NCBI GenBank assembly: GCA_963674695.2
Contig: CAXXGI010000003.1
Span: 192,001-256,000, forward strand
Length of the DNA stretch: 64,000 nucleotides
Source: a bacterium
GTDB taxonomy: Bacteria; UBA10199; 2-02-FULL-44-16; JAAZCA01
Direction of reading: 5' to 3'
Shown: in pieces, positions 62,201-64,000 of the stretch
Position numbering within the stretch: the first letter of the stretch is position 1
Layout: each line of letters opens with the position of its first letter
Translations under genes and position numbers: made by a program
Notes under the pieces: generated by a model
Told to the model about the DNA's origin: nothing
What the model saw: only the letters and a program-made list of their open reading frames with translations
Databases searched by the model: none

Positions 62201-62273
62201 CCACGACGGACATGGAGCGGTCGATGGCGAAGGCCACCGCATTCTGAGCTTCAGTGAACGACGTGTCCGGCAT
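59271..62273 (-). CDS. addA: AddA-like UvrD helicase with PD-(D/E)xK nuclease
   Basis: AGAGSGKT, TFTEKAA, LVDEFQD, GDPRQSIYRFRGA, ENFRS, TVHAAKGLEF, YVAMTRA, IDFKT. Start at MPDTSF. Confidence 0.88.
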   Translation of the reverse strand: MPDTSFTEAQNAVAFAIDRSMSVVAGAGSGKTTVLIERCLHIIEDDWGALDRLLAITFTEKAAGELKARLRRRIPAEQHHRIEEAWIGTFHAFCARIIRAHTPVLGLDPSFGILDENAAGLVARQAVHHTLMTLLEQDDAPTALLVDALDFRTVTGALEELMQFRWHAQRIFEQPAAAEEAALLSALGAAFTLACTHLSAQFARMDALDFQALEIQALRLLTEHPSICELYQRRFSHLLVDEFQDTNDLQTLLVLKLFDPKRNRLCIVGDPRQSIYRFRGANVGCFAQTLERIRAHGGETIHLAENFRSRPGIITFVNHCQENLSDGLFEQLAQDGVSAASENMIAARDDDGALPSVARIPIVSTDAKTSAAERRIAEAEAIAQTITALTSSDRFELGDIVCLFQALTDIVAYENALQQAGIPYRVFGGRGLLARQEIVDLLLCLEYAADPENEIALLGLVRSPLIGLSDDDLVRFAGPRGDSLVEAARIDERCGLLNDLQEMGRHLRPSEIIRRVLDRTGYELICHALDTSGGMTANIDRFLALAESIERETPTPLGAFAGFVRELKERSARLGNAPAAGDASGAVRLMTVHAAKGLEFPVVILPDLFRGGHNTGGRWQFVRQEGIAFKQKDPDQPFGPRVETDRYSALRDHERTEDEAESKRLLYVAMTRAMELLLLPIHEGISRSGPWHKWLEPVVVQMDIPTHEGRSLAPLAGAKDEGRNIPQNTIDVSPLGALSPFTLRPSPLVSRHVYTVSQLECFERCPREYELKYVLGLPATGIFREGDGELPANVLGSIVHGVLDGLDPSDLQSLTDQIRTGCLRSGADPTQQTLRAVQREIEHALKIPLLHELREGAHELPFEWRIDAATIIGSIDWLKPDGDGFEVIDFKTDRVDADQVEERAQTYDLQLICYALAAEAATGKRISATTLTFLKPQIVHRIEMTDARRTDGLARIRETMQCIEAHAFEQKKETQPPCQNCAYHHNGICWEDRLKSGQKS

Positions 62274-63999
62274 AGCGGCAGATGTCCTTATAGTCGCAGT
62301 GTCGTGGGCAGCCCTTTGCGGGGGCGGCCGAAAAGGCCCCTCCGCGAATGCCCGCGGCATAGGTTCCGACAAAGGCGAGCGTTGCATGCATCATCTCGTC
62401 CCAGGTCTCGTCATCGACGGCTGATGCATATCTTCCGATCGCATAGTGGATATTGTTGAACGATTTTCGCACGAAGCCATGGACTTTCGTCGCTTCCATG
62501 ACGCCGATGAGCAGTCCGCCGAGCGGCAGCGCGCTGGGATAGAGAAACTGTCGAATCGCTTCGACATAGAGCGGCAGTTGAAGATGTCGCCCCTCGAGGA
62601 TGTCCTTCTTCTTCGAGGTGATCGAGGCGCCGGTCTTGTAGTCGACGACGAGAAAGGCGCTCGTGTTGGCGTCGATGTCGATGCGATCCACCTGCCCGCG
62701 CACGAGGGCGGGGGCGTCATTCTCGACGGGAACAGCCAATGCCGTCTCCGGTGTCTTTCCAAACGTCCATTCAAATGCGGCGGGCTCGAGCGGTTGCGAG
62801 ATTTCGCGCGCTTCGCCCAGTTCGGCTTGCACGACCTGCCAGGCCATGTTGAGGATCGCCTCGCGCGAGAAGGATTTCAGACCCGGCGCTTGGGCGTCGA
62901 CGAGCGCGGCATGTTCGACCTCGACCTCGATGAGGATGGCGTTGAGTTTTTCCTTGAGTCCCTCTTCTTGAGCGCGATCGATGCGCGCGCGCGCGATCGC
63001 TTCGGTGCATTCCTGATAGAACCGTTCGAGCAGGCGATGGACGATCGTGCCGCGATCCTTCGGCTGCAATTCCGGCAACTCCTCTTCGAGGGGTTTCAGC
63101 CCCAGCACTTTTTCGACGAAGAATTGAAAGGGGCATCCCGCATAGCGCTCGAGGCTCGTGGGGCTGAAGCGGCTCTCGGTGAAACGCTGTCGCAAGAGCG
63201 CTTTGGCTTCATTCTCCTCGATCATGCCGCGAAAGGAGCTGTGCGCATCGCTCGTGCCGGCGCGTGCGCGTTCGATCGCGATCCGCTGCGCCATGATCGC
63301 GCCCCAATCCGGAGCCAGCGATGCCGATGGCTGCGGCGCGATCGGAGGTTCCGGAATGCCCTCCGGCATGCGATCGAGAAAGGAGGAGGGCGCAGTCTCC
63401 GCGCCGTTTTCATTCACGACCGCAGAGGTCAGGACGAGGCGTTTTTTGCATTTGGCGCAGAAGGTGGCAAACGCATGTGCCTCCATCGCGAGGAGTTCCT
63501 CGGTGTTCGGCAGCAGCGCATCGATGATCGGATCCGGATCCGGCGAGAGGCGATCCGCATCGGAGAAGAAGAGGCGTTCGGTCTGCACGCGCGGGATCGT
63601 CCCCTCGACGAGGTTGGGGATCATGACGACATCGGTGTCGCCAGCGAGGCCGGCTTCAAAGGAAGCGAGTTCGAAGGGGAGGTGCCGGGTGAGCGTTGCG
63701 GGCGAGGCGTGGTCGTGGGTGAAGGCCTTGAGCAGCAGTCCCACGAAGCATTCGCGCGAGACCGCCGGAAGATCGATCAGACGCTCGGTGAGCGTGCATT
63801 CGGCCAGCGTCTGTTCGATCGTCGATGCGGCCGCCAGCGTTCGCGCGATCGCCCGGCGCTCGTCGGCGTGTGTTGCGAGCTCCGCGTTCGAGGCTTCGAG
63901 GACATTGCTGTCGCGAACGAATGCGGCGCAGAGCTGCGCATATTCGATGAGTCGCGCCTGCGCGGGCCATTTCTCCAGCGTCTCCTCGGACAGGAGCCG
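62251..63999 (-). CDS. addB: AddB-like PD-(D/E)xK nuclease subunit, 5' truncated by window edge
   Basis: FSPTSLERYAGCPF, RGQVDRID, VVDYKTG, QLPLY, CPRHCDYKDIC. The frame is open to the window end. Confidence 0.85.
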   Translation of the reverse strand, partial: RLLSEETLEKWPAQARLIEYAQLCAAFVRDSNVLEASNAELATHADERRAIARTLAAASTIEQTLAECTLTERLIDLPAVSRECFVGLLLKAFTHDHASPATLTRHLPFELASFEAGLAGDTDVVMIPNLVEGTIPRVQTERLFFSDADRLSPDPDPIIDALLPNTEELLAMEAHAFATFCAKCKKRLVLTSAVVNENGAETAPSSFLDRMPEGIPEPPIAPQPSASLAPDWGAIMAQRIAIERARAGTSDAHSSFRGMIEENEAKALLRQRFTESRFSPTSLERYAGCPFQFFVEKVLGLKPLEEELPELQPKDRGTIVHRLLERFYQECTEAIARARIDRAQEEGLKEKLNAILIEVEVEHAALVDAQAPGLKSFSREAILNMAWQVVQAELGEAREISQPLEPAAFEWTFGKTPETALAVPVENDAPALVRGQVDRIDIDANTSAFLVVDYKTGASITSKKKDILEGRHLQLPLYVEAIRQFLYPSALPLGGLLIGVMEATKVHGFVRKSFNNIHYAIGRYASAVDDETWDEMMHATLAFVGTYAAGIRGGAFSAAPAKGCPRHCDYKDICRYAGHVVH

Positions 64000-64000
64000 A

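Overview
GC-rich bacterial chromosome segment. The protein styles suggest a delta-proteobacterial/Myxococcota-like lineage (inference only). It is mostly housekeeping: a partial MNT nucleotidyltransferase, a Pif1-like helicase with a C-terminal WYL domain, polA, deoC-punA-hemC-like, purB-S-Q-L-F, pgi, TPP-riboswitch-led thiS-G-H-C, zupT, alr-mlaEFD-purH, purD-purE-tsaC, dciA, dksA, glnE and an AddAB-like pair. An orphan-rich accessory block lies at about 9-21 kb. I saw no rRNA, tRNA, CRISPR array or intact transposase. The most notable unexplained structures are: (1) many short-unit (6-9 bp) tandem-repeat tracts, often as inverted arms, at gene ends and even in frame inside ThiC and AddA, plus two decayed four-helix-bundle genes framed by such arms; (2) a shared CAAC-N14-(G/T)(C/T)CGATAA sigma28-like promoter before five orphan genes, two of which share a C-x13-C-x6-C module and poly-Lys tracts; (3) two families of 240-290 bp folded non-coding elements, each in two copies with compensatory changes; (4) a HemC homolog lacking the cofactor-attachment Cys and the catalytic Asp. 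All calls come from reading motifs by eye; no searches were run.
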